The position numbers and the translations under genes are program-made. DNA of 64,000 bases, filler included, from Basidioascus undulatus (Eukaryota), in NCBI GenBank assembly GCA_000826855.1. It is 9 parts of 9 records of this genome, joined end to end, with 100 filler letters (N's around TTAATTAATTAA, not from the genome) between each part and the next. Parts side by side here need not be neighbours in the genome. Positions count along the whole stretch, not along the records: positions 50,519 to 57,625 come from JTLS01001611.1; positions 57,726 to 64,000 come from JTLS01001773.1; 7 more parts are not named here. One strand, 5' to 3'. Below the pieces are notes generated by a model. It saw nothing but the letters and a program-made list of their open reading frames with translations. It did no database searches and had not been told where the DNA came from. Below, piece by piece: positions 50,419-63,377 of the stretch (its first letter is position 1; the number at the start of each line of letters is the position of its first letter).

Positions 50419-50518
50419 NNNNNNNNNNNNNNNNNNNNNNNNNNNNNNNNNNNNNNNNNNNNTTAATTAATTAANNNNNNNNNNNNNNNNNNNNNNNNNN
50501 NNNNNNNNNNNNNNNNNN
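50419..50518. other. Artificial contig linker
   Basis: 44N-TTAATTAATTAA-44N. Confidence 0.99.
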
Positions 50519-51220
50519 CCCGACGCTGGGGCAGAGGGAGGGGGAGGGGGAGGAGCGGAGGTGCTAGGTTGAGGAGTGGAATGCGTCGAGGGAGCGGCAG
50601 GGTCCGCGGCGAAGACCTGAGGGAGGGAGCGTGAGTGAGGAAGAGGAGGAGGAAGAGGGACGCAACGCACGCCCTCTGCGAACTTTTTGAGCCCTTCCAG
50701 CCCTTCGGCTGTGTGGGGCAGCTTGAGACTGTCGAGGACTGCGATCTGCTGGGGGGTGAATTGGATGGCAGGGGGAGGGGGAGTGGCTGCGTGGGGGGCA
50801 AGAAGGGAAGGGTGGGGTTCAGTATCGCGTACAGCAGACTTCTAAGAAGCCTTGACGGCTGTGAGATTATGGCTCAAACAGAACAGGAAAGTCTCCTTCA
50901 GACATTGAAAGTCCTCCTGCAGCTTTCGGTTCCTTTCATGCAGTCTTCCGCACCCGCCAGCCCAGCTCAACGCGCCTCCCCGCCCATGACCCCCTCCCGC
51001 TCGAACACAATCCCACAGACTCACCCTCTTTCTCCTCCTTCACCCTCACGCCCGCCCTGCGCACCTCCTCCCTCAGCCCAGCGACCTCCGCCCTCAGCGC
51101 GTCAAGGACGCCCTTGACCTCAGCGAGGCCGCTCCCAAGCGTCGCGAACGCCTGGAACGCGCTGTCGATGCGCGCGTTCAGGAGCACCGTCTCTGCTGGC
51201 GCGTGCTGCTGCTGCACCAT
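50519..51220 (-). CDS. Hypothetical protein with N-terminal coiled coil and Pro-rich region (3' partial)
   Basis: MVQQQHAPAETVLLNARIDSAF...LDALRAEVAGLREEV followed by a GTGAGT donor. Pro-rich exons run to the contig end. Confidence 0.4.
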
Positions 51221-52001
51221 GCCGGATGATGGGCTGGTTAAACGGAGGGGAAGGGAGGAGGAGGAGGGGACGGTGAAAGGACTGCGAGTTATGGAAGGGC
51301 CGGAAAATAGGGGATGTTAGCGGGGAGGCGTTAAGAGGAGTTGCGGAGGCAAGTCGGCGGCCCAAGCAAACGGTGCGGCCCCAATGTTAGACAAGGTTAC
51401 GGGTGACAGCCTGGTTGTTAACTTTGCTCTTACAACATTTTACTGGTTCAAAGAATGCAACGACACTTCGTTAGTGTCAGAATAATTGTTGTGCATAATT
51501 CGACAGTCGGGTGCTGGGTGGGTGGGGCGGGCAAGGCGAATCTCTCCAGGCGGCAGTTCTTGACTTTTCTTGTCGCGTCCCCTCGCGTCTTTCTTCTTCT
51601 GCCTTCCTCGCTCGCAGCTTTTCGCCTTTTTCCCGGACACACCATACCCTGAAAACACCCCCATAAATTCTTACGGTCATTCTATCAAAGAAAAACCCAC
51701 CGAACAGATGTTATAACTCTACCGCTTGCCGTCTTTACAGTCGACAGCCTCACCGCGAAGAATGCCAAGAATCTCGTCCTCGTCCTCGTCCTCCCAGCGC
51801 GCTCCTCCTTCCGGCCCCCTAAATCGCCTAGCCATGACCACCACGCACGACGCATTCTTCGCCAGCGCCAGTGCCCCTTCATCCTCACCACCACCCTGCA
51901 CATACCGCCCTTAGCACGCGCCCCTGCCCTCGATCCGTTCTCCATTCGCTCAACCCGCTCTCCTTCATTCGATCATTCTCCTTCTCAAACGCTCATCAAT
52001 C

Positions 52002-52850
52002 ATGCGGCCCTCGAACCTCCTCCCGCTCTTTTTCACTCAGGCCGCGCTGGCGTTCAAGATCCCCTCGTCCTTGTACATCACCCACCCGTCCGCAGACAAG
52101 CCGTGGTATGACGGCCAGGCGAACGTCTTGTCGTGGGATGCGGGAAAGGAGGGAATTGTCGAGTTTGATGTGAGGTTTATCCTTCGATCCTTTCTTGAGG
52201 AAGTACTGAGTTTTGTTGGGAGAGTTCAACAGCTCAAGTTGACACGACTGCGAGGGGACGGGATCCAGTATCTGGCGTCGAACGGTACGCGCCTTTTGCC
52301 TCCTGCCGCCGAGGTTGCTGCCCTCATCAATTCCAGTTGAACTTAAGATTTGGAATACAGCGCAAATGGAATGGGACGGACTCACAATTACGCTCGCGGA
52401 TGTCCCAACAGGGTATGCGTCGCACAGGCGGCCCTCTCTCGCTAGGGCACCGCTAACTTCTCACAATTGCCTCCCAGGGACGACTACTACATCACCGTCA
52501 TCCACGCCGGCGATGGGATAGTCTACGCGCGCTCCGACCGTTTCTCGATCCTTCCTCGCAGTGCGTCCTTCCCTCCCCCCCATCTCCTCACCTCCTCCCA
52601 TACTAACTTCTCTCCCTCGAAAGATTCCACAGCATCCTCTTCTTCCGCACACCAGACCTTCCCCGAGAACGAGATTGTGGTGAAAGGCCCGCCGAGCCCC
52701 GTCAAGGGTTGGGCACGTGCGTGGAGTGCGACAAGCGAGCAGGGGCAGGGGAAGTGGCAGCTTACGGATAGTGCGGGGCGGGATGGGACGGCGAGGTGGA
52801 TGATGGTTGCGGCCGGGGCAGTCGCTGTGCTCGGGGCTTGGGTGATGTAG
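52002..52850 (+). CDS. Secreted, probably GPI-anchored cell-wall protein (Kre9/Knh1-like N-terminal Ig-like domain)
   Basis: Signal peptide, ITHPSADKPWYDGQANVLSW, DVPT/GDDYY..IVYARSDRFSIL, and a hydrophobic C-terminus. Confidence 0.7.
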
Positions 52851-54419
52851 AGTTGGAGGACACTCAGCTGCTCTACCAGGAAAGACCGGCTCCGTTTCGG
52901 CAGATGCTGCGACGTTGGCTGTGCAGCTGAGTCCTGAAGCTGCAACCTCGCACTCGCCCTCTGCTTTTACGCAACACCGCAGACAATAGGGAACATTATG
53001 CAATCACTGGGATCCACGATTGGTCACACATAAGTACGTCATAGGCTCATGGCTGTTATGGCACCTTCACCGAGCTGTGTTGCGTTATGTACGCTCGACC
53101 CAAGCTTCCTTCAGTATGGGCCAGTGCAGCGGAGTACCCAGTCGCCGCTCTACGATCGATCTGATGTCCATGGCCAGCAGAGATCCCGCCAGCTTCATAA
53201 AGAACTGCACGGCGACAGCTTGTCAGTCGGACGTTGCCATGCATCTAATGTAACTATCGCTCGACACACCTCCTCCGTAAAGATGCCCACAACATACTCA
53301 GAACATGGGTCCCAGAGAAGCATTTCGCTGCCTGGATACGTCGCCACGAGCGCGTCGAGCCGGCGGTCCGACTCAATGTTCCCTAGATCTGCTACGCGGG
53401 ACTGTCAGAGGCCCTCGTTCAGGAAGAGAAGGTACCGCCCAGCTCGGAGGCCCGTCAGGTCGGAGATCCCAAAAAGTTCTTGGGGAGGCCTTGGTGGGAG
53501 GAATTGGGGGATGTGAAGAGAGGGAAAGAGCCGGCTTTGTTGTTTTTACTTACTTGACGGAAACTGCGGGGGGGCTTTTTGCATCCGCGTGTCGGAATGC
53601 GCAGGCTACCAGGGCCAACAGTCTTCAAGACTCGATTGTCGGTCATGGCACCGACAGAATTGGCCCTACAGGCCTATCATTGCCTCATGACCTGACCTGA
53701 GGACCCGCACTCAGACTTTGGAAGCAATGAATACTTCAATACTCGTGCACCCCCCCATCGAAGTTGAAGACCATTCTAAGTTCCTTAATGAAGCATACGG
53801 CGATGTTGCCAACTTCTATGAAGAACTGCGGCCACGAAGGGCTCTTAGCAGCGCGATGCCGCCCGCCACTAATGATAGCAGGACCAATGGCAGCACTCAC
53901 CTCTTCGGTTAATGCCCCGCCCCAATGTCGGAAAATCATGTCCCGAAAAGTAACTTCAGAGCCGGTACAGGTCGCGATCATCAAGCTGGGCTACGAGCGT
54001 GTGGTACACTGCGGCGGAGAGGTTTGCCCAAGGGAGCACCATTTACCGCCCTGCTTGGATGCTCCTCAAGTGGGAGAGACGGAAATGCGCCGGATACCCC
54101 ATGTGATTGGGACGGAAAAGGAGAGGGGGGAGCATGATGGTGACAGTGACAAGGAAACAGGCGAAAGAGCGGACTCTCTTTTCTAGTGGGGAACCACGGC
54201 TGCGTCTGCACCCGCCACTCCTCCCCTTTAGCTGGAGGGGCTCTCTATTTTGAAAGTAGCTGAGGATTTGCCGCCCAAGAAGAGCAAGAAGCGCACAAAA
54301 GAAGCGAGCCAACCCGCGACAGCTAATCGGTAGGCGGCGACTCTCGCCGTCTTCTTTCGTCACCGCCTGCTCCCCTACTGCTCCCCCTCTTGCCCTTCTA
54401 CCATCACCATCTCCAGACC

Positions 54420-55873
54420 ATGACTGCGCCTACCTCCCCTGCTCCTGCCAACATGCCCTCTCCATCTCGCCTTCGCTTCATCGGTATGGCGCCTGTACGC
54501 TCCCCCGCGCCGGCCCGTTCCCTCGCCCCCGAACCTAACACGCCCCGCACGCAGACATAGCCATCAACCTGACGGACCCCATGTTCCGCGGGAACTACCA
54601 TGGGAAACGCAAGCATGCAGGTGTGTAACCGTGCTTTGCCTGCGCTTCGCTTGATGCTGATGGGATGGGACCGGCACGCAGACGACCTTGTAGACGTCCT
54701 CAAGCGCGCGAAGGATGCCGGCGTCAAGCAGATGGTCCTCACCGGCGGATCGCTCTCCGAGTCCAAAGAAGCTTTAGAGCTCGCTCAAGAGCATGGTACG
54801 TGCCTTCCACCTCTCTCAAAGGAGAACATGGACTGAAGCGAACCGCGCGGATCGGACAGGCTTCTACTCCACCGCCGGCCTGCACCCGACTCGCGCGACC
54901 GAGATGAGCCCTGGCAAGGAGGCGTCCTACGTCAATGCGCTGGGCGAGCTCATCGGTGCCAACTTGGGTGGGCATGGGCGGAAGGGACGGATCGTCGCGG
55001 TGGGGGAGTGCGGGCTCGGTGCGTCTTCTCGTCTTCTCTTTGTCTTCCCTTACTTCTCACCTCGCAGCTCCCTGTTTGCACCCACACGCGCTGCATATTG
55101 ATTCGAAGGCCTGATACAGATTACGACCGCCTCCACTTCTCCCCTCGCGAAGCGCAGATCGCCGCCTTCCGCGCGCAACTGTCCCTAGCGAGCCGGTTCG
55201 AGCTGCCGCTCTTTCTGCACTCGCGCGCGGCGCACGCGGACTTCGTCAGCGTGCTGCGCGAGCGGGCAGGGGATCTGAGGCTGGAAGGTGCGAGTGCCGG
55301 GGAAGAGAAGGGCCGTCGTGGGGTCGTGCATAGCTTTACGGGGACGGTTGAGGAGGTGTGGGAGCTGGTGAGTTCCTCCGATTGTGGGTGGGGTAGTTTG
55401 GTGAGGGTTGACTGATGCAGGTGTCTAGGTGGACATGGGCTTGTACATCGGCGTGAACGGCTGCAGTCTCAAGACATCCGAGAACCTCGAGATGGTCAAG
55501 TCCATCCCGCTCTCTCGCCTCCTCCTCGAAACCGGTCCGTCCCTGTTCCTCCCCTCCCTATCCCCATACTCCACCTCTCGCTCATCGTCCCGGACACGCA
55601 GACGCGCCCTGGTGCACCGCCACCTCTACGCATGCTTCCCACGCGCACCTCCAGACGCTCCCCGCGGACCTCCGCGCGCTGTACCACCCCGCCGAGCAGT
55701 GCAAGAAGGAGAAGTACGTTCCTGGGAAGTGGGTGAAGGGGCGCAACGAGCCCGCCGCGATCGGCGCGGTCGCGTGGGTCGTCGCGCAGGTGATGGGCAG
55801 GGGAGTGGAGGAGGTCGCGGAGGCCAGCTGGAAGAATACGGTGGAGTTGTTTGGGTTGGAGGTGGAGGATTAG
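54420..55873 (+). CDS. TATDN1: TatD family Mg-dependent DNase (TATDN1-like), multi-exon
   Basis: [85 protein letters not shown]. Confidence 0.95.
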
Positions 55874-56639
55874 AGGAGCAGGCGAGGAGATGCGAGATGT
55901 ACATTGCGCATATCCAGATGCGCACGAAGGCGTTGGCGCATGTGCTGGTTTACTGACACTCGATCTCTTCGGTCCTTGTGGAGTACTGACGTGTGCAGGC
56001 TCTAATTGTTCCCTTTGGCAAACTTCTATCAAGCGTGTTTCCTCAAGCAAGTAGATTCCCTGCCTAGGTGATGCCTATGTTGCTCGAGCAGCCCTGTTCG
56101 CAGCTGCAAGTCTGGACCTTGAACATCGCCACCATTCGTGCTTCCCTTTTTTCCCCCCTGAAGGCCGAGTTCATGCACTTATCTCTTGATTCTCCCCCCG
56201 CCCGCAGCTATGTAGCTCTCCATTCTCCCTCCCCGGATGCACCGCCGCACAACGCGAGCCCCTCGGCCGTCCATCTGAGGTGCCCGTTTCTTACAGTCGG
56301 CCAGACCAGCCCCTTCTCCCGCAAAGTACTTCGAGCTTCTTTTCTTGTAGTGGAGCTTCGGAGAGTCCGAATGGAGATACATCCTTTCTTTAGATTTTCT
56401 TGCGTGAAGGAAGGAGGCTGACTGTCGGATGTCATCGAGCATCAAATGACCACGACGTTTTGCACAGGCAGTAGTTCCCATGCTGCTGTTGTACTAACCC
56501 AGTTCCGGGAGGGGAGAGACCCGATCACTCTGCGCCGAGAATTGTAGCATATTGCCCCGCATCGAAAAAGCCATCTTCCAGTCCCATCACTCAGGCGCCT
56601 CTACCGAATCTATCCCCTCCTTCCCCCACTCCAACCCCT

Positions 56640-57625
56640 CTACTCCCTCCCCTCCAAAAACCCCTTCACAACCCCAGCAAACACCTCCGCCCCGCGCTCA
56701 ATCTCCTCCCTCTCACCATTGGAAAACGCCAGCCTTAACCACCCGGCCGCCGCATCCTCTGCGGCCCCGCGGGAGGCAGCGAAGTACCGCCCAGGCGCAA
56801 CAAGGACGTTGTGCTCTAGGAGCACTTCCCAGAGACGCTCGGCGAGGGACGCGGCGGTGCTGGGGGTGTGGAGGGGGTGGAGGGGGAGATTCACTGTGGG
56901 GGTTGGGAGTTGGTTGTGAGGGAGGAGTAGGGGGAGGGAGGGGTGGAGGGACGGACCTTGAAGGTAGACGAACATCCCTGCTGTGGGCGCTATGAAGCTG
57001 AGCGCCTTTTTTGTGGGATCGTTCGGGTAGGAAGCGAGGATGAGGTCCGTGTCGGTCGGGGAGGGCGTGAACGTGAAGTGTGTGGATAAAGCATCGAGCA
57101 GCCAATTGCGGCGGGTGCGGTACTGCGCGCAGAGGCCTGGTCCGCCGTCCTCCCCATATCAGCGTCTTCCACATCCACACCCACCCAGAGGAAAAAAAGA
57201 ATGGCAGACCTTTCAACCAGTGGATATACCCATCCATCCCCCAATCGAGCAGGAGCTTCGCGATTAGCGCCTGTTTCCCCCTCACATCAGCTCTGGCGGG
57301 AAGGAGAGGCAGAGAGAATCAGTGCACCTGCCCAAACCCATTAGGCGCCTGCGTCGAGCTCTCGCTGCTGCGCAGCAGCCGCTCGATGAAAAGCGGGTTC
57401 GCCGTGACCCACCCAAGCCTCGAGCCGGGGGCAATCGTCTTGCTGAACGTATCAATACGGATGACGCGCCCTTCGGTGTCGAATATCAGGAACCTGCTTT
57501 CGAACGCACTTCAGCCCCAACTACCCCAGAACCCCAGAAAGACGAAAGCGACGGGGAGGGGAGGGGACGCACGAGGGGACGAGCAATGGCGCTTTTAGGA
57601 CCTTGGCGAGCTACGCATTCGAACA
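56640..57625 (-). CDS. PLP-dependent aromatic amino acid / 2-aminoadipate aminotransferase (Aro8/Aro9-like), 5' partial
   Basis: DTEGRVIRIDTFSKTIAPGSRLGW (PLP lysine motif), ESSTQAPNGFGQ, PTAGMFV, VLVAPGRYF, WLRLAFS. Confidence 0.92.
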
Positions 57626-57725
57626 NNNNNNNNNNNNNNNNNNNNNNNNNNNNNNNNNNNNNNNNNNNNTTAATTAATTAANNNNNNNNNNNNNNNNNNN
57701 NNNNNNNNNNNNNNNNNNNNNNNNN
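57626..57725. other. Artificial contig linker
   Basis: 44N-TTAATTAATTAA-44N. Confidence 0.99.
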
Positions 57726-59686
57726 GAAGCAACCTTTTTCAGATTCGCCCAAAAATCTTTCTGGAGGCTCAGTCTTGCTCAAACATGGTGGCCGACTGAC
57801 TGGGAGGAGGGGCATGACGGGCAAGGTGAGGTAGTAGAGGATGCCCATGATCGCCAGCAGCTGCATGCCCGTCATGTGAGCACGGTCAGCTGTTATTTAA
57901 GCATGTGAAGACTCACCACCGACAGGCTGGCGTTCCTAGTGGACCGGGCCTTCCAGACCACCTTCGTCGCCTCGACGAGCGGGTGGTTCAGCCACGACTC
58001 GTTCGCCATTGGCGACGCCTTCTCTTCGGCGGGCGTCGGCGGCGCGGGCGCGTGCAGGCCTTGATGAATCAGATCGGCGAGCTGATGCAGTGAAACGAGA
58101 TTGAGCGGCGAATAGCAGAAGAGAAGAAGCAGGAAAGGCAATACCTCCAATCGCTGAATGTCAACGCTCAGAATGGCCACGAAGAAGGTCGACTGCAGGA
58201 AGTAGTCGATGACCGTGACGACGCTGGCGAAGATGCAGAACTCGCGGACGACCCTGGAGCAAAGACCGCACGAATATCAGCCTTGACTCGCTGTCCGCTC
58301 ATAAGGGAGAGACTCACCCCGGCGCAAACCATCCCGCCAAGCCGAGCAGTACGAGATCGGACAAGACAGTCATGGTGATAGTCGGCCCGACGTTCTCCAT
58401 GCCCTTGCCGATACGTTCGGGGACAGGCAGCGAGATAGACGTGGCGACGACCGCTGTCGGCGTTTGAGAATGTCAGTTTTGACATCTGCTAGGCCCCGGT
58501 GCTGTCACAAGCTCACATCTGGCGATCGTAAGCATGTTCTCGACGCCGACGACGACGATGACGAACGGTACGACCGACCTGGGAGTGACAATGTCAGTGA
58601 AAACACGGGGAAAAGGGTGGAAGGGCAGGCTCACCAAGGCACGAGCACGAGGTTCCATCCGCAGAGGGCGAGCACGCTAATACTCATGATCGTACTGACG
58701 CAGAGCTGGACGAGACCGGTGAAGGCCAAACCGAAGCGGCTGTGGACCTGGTTGAGGCGCGAGACGCTCATGACGACGTAGACCAAGAAGAGCGCGTAGC
58801 CGACGGCGAAGATGTAGGGCTCGGGCGAGCGAGGGACCGGCGTTGTCGGAGAGACGTACTGAAGAGTTCCTCGCGCACGATGATGAGCGACCTAATGCAG
58901 GCATCAATGCGGTAGTAAACGAGGAAAGAAACTCACTTCGACATGAACGACATGGGAGGCTCCCGACCCGGCCTCGAGATCCCAGCGGCCCTCCTCCCAC
59001 AATTTCGCCAGCCAGTCGGCATGCCCCTGCGAGCCTGCAGCGCAGTCCTCCGAAAAGAACAGGGTAAACACAGCGAAGTGTTGGCCAGTCTTTCGTGCGC
59101 GAGTGATGGAAGACGAGGGGGAGGGGATGAGAGCGGAATCGGGGATGGATAGATCGGGGTGCGCGAGAATGAGGCAGTTAGCGGGAGAGAGAGGTGAGTG
59201 TAGGCACTGGAGCGAGTCGGCGAGGGGAAGCAGCTTCGAGTGGGCTGCTGATATGACAGCGAGATCTTCTGGGGCGAGCGAAGGACCGCTATAGTCTCCA
59301 GAGGGAGCGGGCGCGGATATGGGAATCAGAAGCCGCTCGAGCCTGAGGACGTCCGGCCCGTCGAGCTCGCAGGCGCTCTCGACGCTCTTCCACCCATCGG
59401 CATCATCCCACACGACGCGGACGTCGCGCGCGCGCACGCCGGCTCTGCTCGTGTCCAGCCCGAGCCCGCCCTGCTCCTCGAAGACGGTCCAGAACCCAAC
59501 GCCGCGGGCGCCGCTGTGCTTCCAGACGAGGACGCCGAGCGCCGGGTAGAAGAGGCTGGTGATCGCGAAGCCGCAGATGAGGACGGTAGCGATCTGGTTG
59601 CGGGCGCAGCGGACGCCCTGGTTGTACGAGGTCCGGGAGGAGGTCGCCTTGACCCAGGCGGCAAAGGTGGAGATGGTCGAGCGCAT
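57726..59686 (-). CDS. SCAP: SREBP cleavage-activating protein (sterol-sensing domain), 3' partial
   Basis: GVRCARNQIATVLICGFAITSLFYPAL. Sterol-sensing domain motifs VHSRFGLAFTG, PFVIVVVGVENM, PVPERIGKGM, REFCIFA, DYFLQSTFFVAILSVDIQRLE/LADL. Start codon uncertain. Confidence 0.9.
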
Positions 59687-61903
59687 GGAGAAGGCAGACG
59701 TGCGGAGGAGGGTGGAGGGTATCGGTGCGTCTAGGAGCCCAGGACCATCCCGCCTCTGTGCCGGACCGTTCAAGTTGTCGTCGTCGCCGTTGAGGTTGAG
59801 CTCGACGGCGGGCTGAGAGGGCGTGCGGAAGAAACGAGAGATGTAATCGGCGAGGGGACAAGGAACGAACGCGTCCCTGGAGCCTTGCTTCAGACCGACG
59901 CGGCGGCCGTCGCGGACTCGGACCCGAACTTTGACAGCTTCAATATTGCAAGCTTTGGCGGTAGAGCGCTTTTTTTTTTCTCGGTTTTCGTACAGTCCAC
60001 TCGGACTCACCTTTACCAGTGATTGTTTCCCCAAGCGCTATAGTATGTTTGTACATCCGCGATGTAGGCGGTCTTGAGCTTCTCAGCCGTGACACTGCCT
60101 GACCATTGCCAGACACCGTCGCATCATCAATCTGATCTACATCGCCGACAGTGGAGGAAATAACCACGTGTGGCTGTTTTACACCAGTAAAGGAATACTG
60201 GTTGTGAATCCCGACTGAACCGTGGTAGGTAGCCAGACTCCGAGAGGTTTGGCGTACAGGTCTGTCTCGATGGTCACTGCTGCGTTTCCATCGTGTTGAT
60301 AGACCTGAGATAAGCGCTTACTTGGCAATAGGTATTTATATTAGTATTGACTCTTTTAAAGTCCAGCAGAGTCAGTGAGGTCGGAGCGGGTCAGTTGCGC
60401 AAAAACCTGCACACTCACTATTCCGGCGGAGTTGGACCACCTGGATAGAAACCGAACTGAAGCCCCTTCGAGCATCTTATGATAATCAAATCATTGAGGG
60501 TATATTCTGGGAGAGGTTTTGAAAAATTGGAGCCGCCTCAGGTCCCCGGGGAGCATGTGCATGCCAAAATTGAGGCAATGCGGCGTGCAAGCACCAGCAG
60601 GAGCTTGACACACGGCTTGCACACGCACAACCTTCCCTCCAGTTATAGTAGGTGACTGTAACTTCAGGGTACATGTGCAAATACGCCCCACTATACGGAG
60701 TCCCGGCAAACATGACGTACAGCCATCTGACATCGCTGCATTCTGCGTTCGCAATTCCACTGTCGTCGCCCGGCGTTCTCGACTGCTCATTATCCGATAC
60801 CTTTTTCTGCACTCCTTCTGTTCTCGCCCATTCACGGAATTCGAACCGATCTCATAAACAAGAATTTTTTAGAGGTCTTCCTTCTGACGGCGGAGAGAAA
60901 AGCCCAAGGGCGCCGGACGTCGTGCGGCTGTCCCAAAGCCTTACCACCCCATGACTGTGTCCGGTAAAACATGCAACCCATCATTTCCATCCCATATTTT
61001 CCGAGTAGAGTCCGTGTGATGACTCTATCAGAACATTCTCGAGCTCGTGCACGCGCCCAAGATGACTGTTCAGAAGACTTGGCCAGCCTGCAAGCACTAC
61101 ATTGGACCAAAGCCATACGCAAGAAGCAACGTACATAGGACCGCGTACAAAGCAGAGCTTTACCTGAAGAGGCGCAGTTCCCCTAAGTCAAGTTTTAGCC
61201 TTTACATTGTTCGCGTTACCGAATAAACATTGGCCGGCCTGGGCGCTTGCTACGGCAAAGTTGCCTTCACGCTTGTGAGCGGCACACGGGCAGTTCCCCC
61301 GCCTCTAGACCTAATGCCTTTCAATTCAAACGCCAGCCTTTGAGATATCTCCGCTTCTTGAACGGTCATCACAAGCTGTACAGGACGAGAAGAAGGACGT
61401 TGGTCGCAATCCGAGGCTCAGTTTCGCTAAGGCTTCCACATGTCTCATGGCCTTGGGGGTACTTTGAGTGGTTACCGGAATTTTAATACTTGATCAAGTC
61501 TAAAAATCCTCAATGACACCCCTGAAGAATGTGACACAGAATTCAACTTCTCCGTCCGACTGGCCACCGGTACGCAGTCCCGGCTCAGTGTCACCCACTT
61601 TCTGCAAGAATTGCTACTGATTGGATTAGAGTACACATTTAAGAGAATGATTTTCAAAAAGAAAAAAAATATCCCGGGCTCATGTCATGTGGTTCCAATC
61701 ATCCAGGACTGCTATTTGTCGTCCGTCGTTGCCCATGGGCCATATGTCATGGCGGGCAGACCCGCTTTTCTGAATCATACAAAAAGCCTCGAGAAACCAT
61801 TTCAATATAACATGCGAAAAATATGGCATATTACAGGTAAAATTCGGGCACAAAAGAAATAAGCGGCAGAAAGTTTAAAGATCGAGACGCCTTCGAGCGG
61901 TCA

Positions 61904-63116
61904 CTACAGTCTCTTGAACTCGAGGTAATGCTCCGAAAAAATCAAGAGGGCCGAGACAGACCTGCAGGAGTCCTTCATTAGCCCCAATGCCGGTTCGAGA
62001 AATGTCAGTGTAGAGCGCACGCGCAAGTACCAGCTCTTGTTGTTGGGGAAGACCGGAAGCGCCTTCGGAGGACCCATCAGCGGTGCGAGCACGCGCTGCA
62101 AGGCGTGCAGTCTGTCAGCTCAATGCGTTACAAAGAGCCAGAGAGCGATCCAAGAAGCGTACGTGGGGACTACCGTGTGCGTGCGCTTCAGCGCCAGTCG
62201 AGCTTTCGTCGCCGCGTCCGTCGTGCGGTGCTTGCGGAGATAAGCGCGAACGCCCTCGAGTTCTCGTGCAAGGGAACCAAAAAAAAGGTTGAGTCGCCCA
62301 GATTTCGTGATCGTCACCGGTAGTAATCTGCAAAGGGCCACAGTCCCGTGTGCCCCGCTACGCGTCAATTTACAAAGATAAGGTGGTTTGGATCCAACCA
62401 GCAACACGTACCCGACCATCGCGTACGAGCTGCCTCATTAGGTTCTCCAACACCCTGTGGTCATCGTCCTCCGGCGTAGCCTTTGGCTGGGTCAAGGTCC
62501 AGTTCATCGAATACCCGACGAGCGTTGCGTGAGGGTTCTGGTCGCTGAGCGCCGTGCTCGGCGAGCACGCGAGGGATGCCGACGTACTCGACATCGAAGA
62601 TGTTCGAGATCTCAATGCGGTCGAAACGCTGCGTCGCAGGGATCCCGTGCTGGAGGGCTCGCGCCGAGAGCGCGAGCATCCTCGCAAAAGACGTGAATAG
62701 ACGCAGAGAGCAAGACGTGCTTCCCGAGCGTCGACAGGGTCGTGAAGAGCAGGCTCTGACCGGTCCCGCCCGATTGCTTACTGTACGGATGCTTGATGCT
62801 TGATAGGAACACTTCTTGAAGATGCTTTGTGCGGCACTGTGCAGCGAAGACATGGCTCTTGCACTCGGTGACTCGAATAGGGCAGCTTTGAACATCTGGG
62901 CAGAGTCAGGTGCTCTTGCTCAACTTCCCAAGCACGATTCGAAGCGTTCTGTGAGAAGGTTGGGGAGTGGGGGGCACTGCTGGCGAGTTCGTCTTTGTGT
63001 GCATATCGTTCAGCAAGCTCGAGACTCGAGATACTTTTCCTGGCGTCGGCGAGTGGAGCTGAGTAGCTGCGCAGGGACGGTTGTACCCCTGCGTCCGAGT
63101 TTGCTCGCGATGTCAC
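61904..63116 (-). pseudogene. C-terminal relic of a fungal DUF4470-associated protein
   Basis: RFDRIEISNIFDVEYVGIPRVL, then a frameshift, NPHATLVGYSMNW, LKRTHTVVP, ALPVFPNNKSWY, SEHYLEF. Several frame changes; N-terminal part not seen. Confidence 0.55.
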
Positions 63117-63377
63117 GCCTCGTAATCATGTACTTTCTTGTTTTAATCCTCTCCGGTCACCGTCTGAACCGTCTTAGAGCCCGATTTTGTGCCGGCAGTT
63201 GTTTGTCGCGCCAACCACTTCGCATCCACCGTACTCCGGCTCGGCTCCCCATCTGGGCCGGAATCGAGAGGGCGTCATCTCGCCTGCACTTGCTGCCCCT
63301 GGGCACTCACACTCACACCAACACCCAACCAACGACTCTTCTCAACGACCCTCTATACCCAGTCAATACAGCCCAGA

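Noticed and set aside
41456..55873. RNase III-like + PBZ ligase + TatD nuclease as a defence or DNA-repair cluster
   Set aside because: They are on three unlinked contigs, and the RNase III-like gene is the structural mitoribosomal protein mL44.
7172..57681. TTAATTAATTAA palindrome recurring every ~7.2 kb, as a periodic element or array
   Set aside because: It is always centred in 44+44 Ns. It is a synthetic six-frame-stop linker, and the periodicity comes from size sorting.
60100..61900. AT-richer region with short ORFs
   Set aside because: No recognisable family, repeat or RNA structure. Treated as intergenic or a very old relic.
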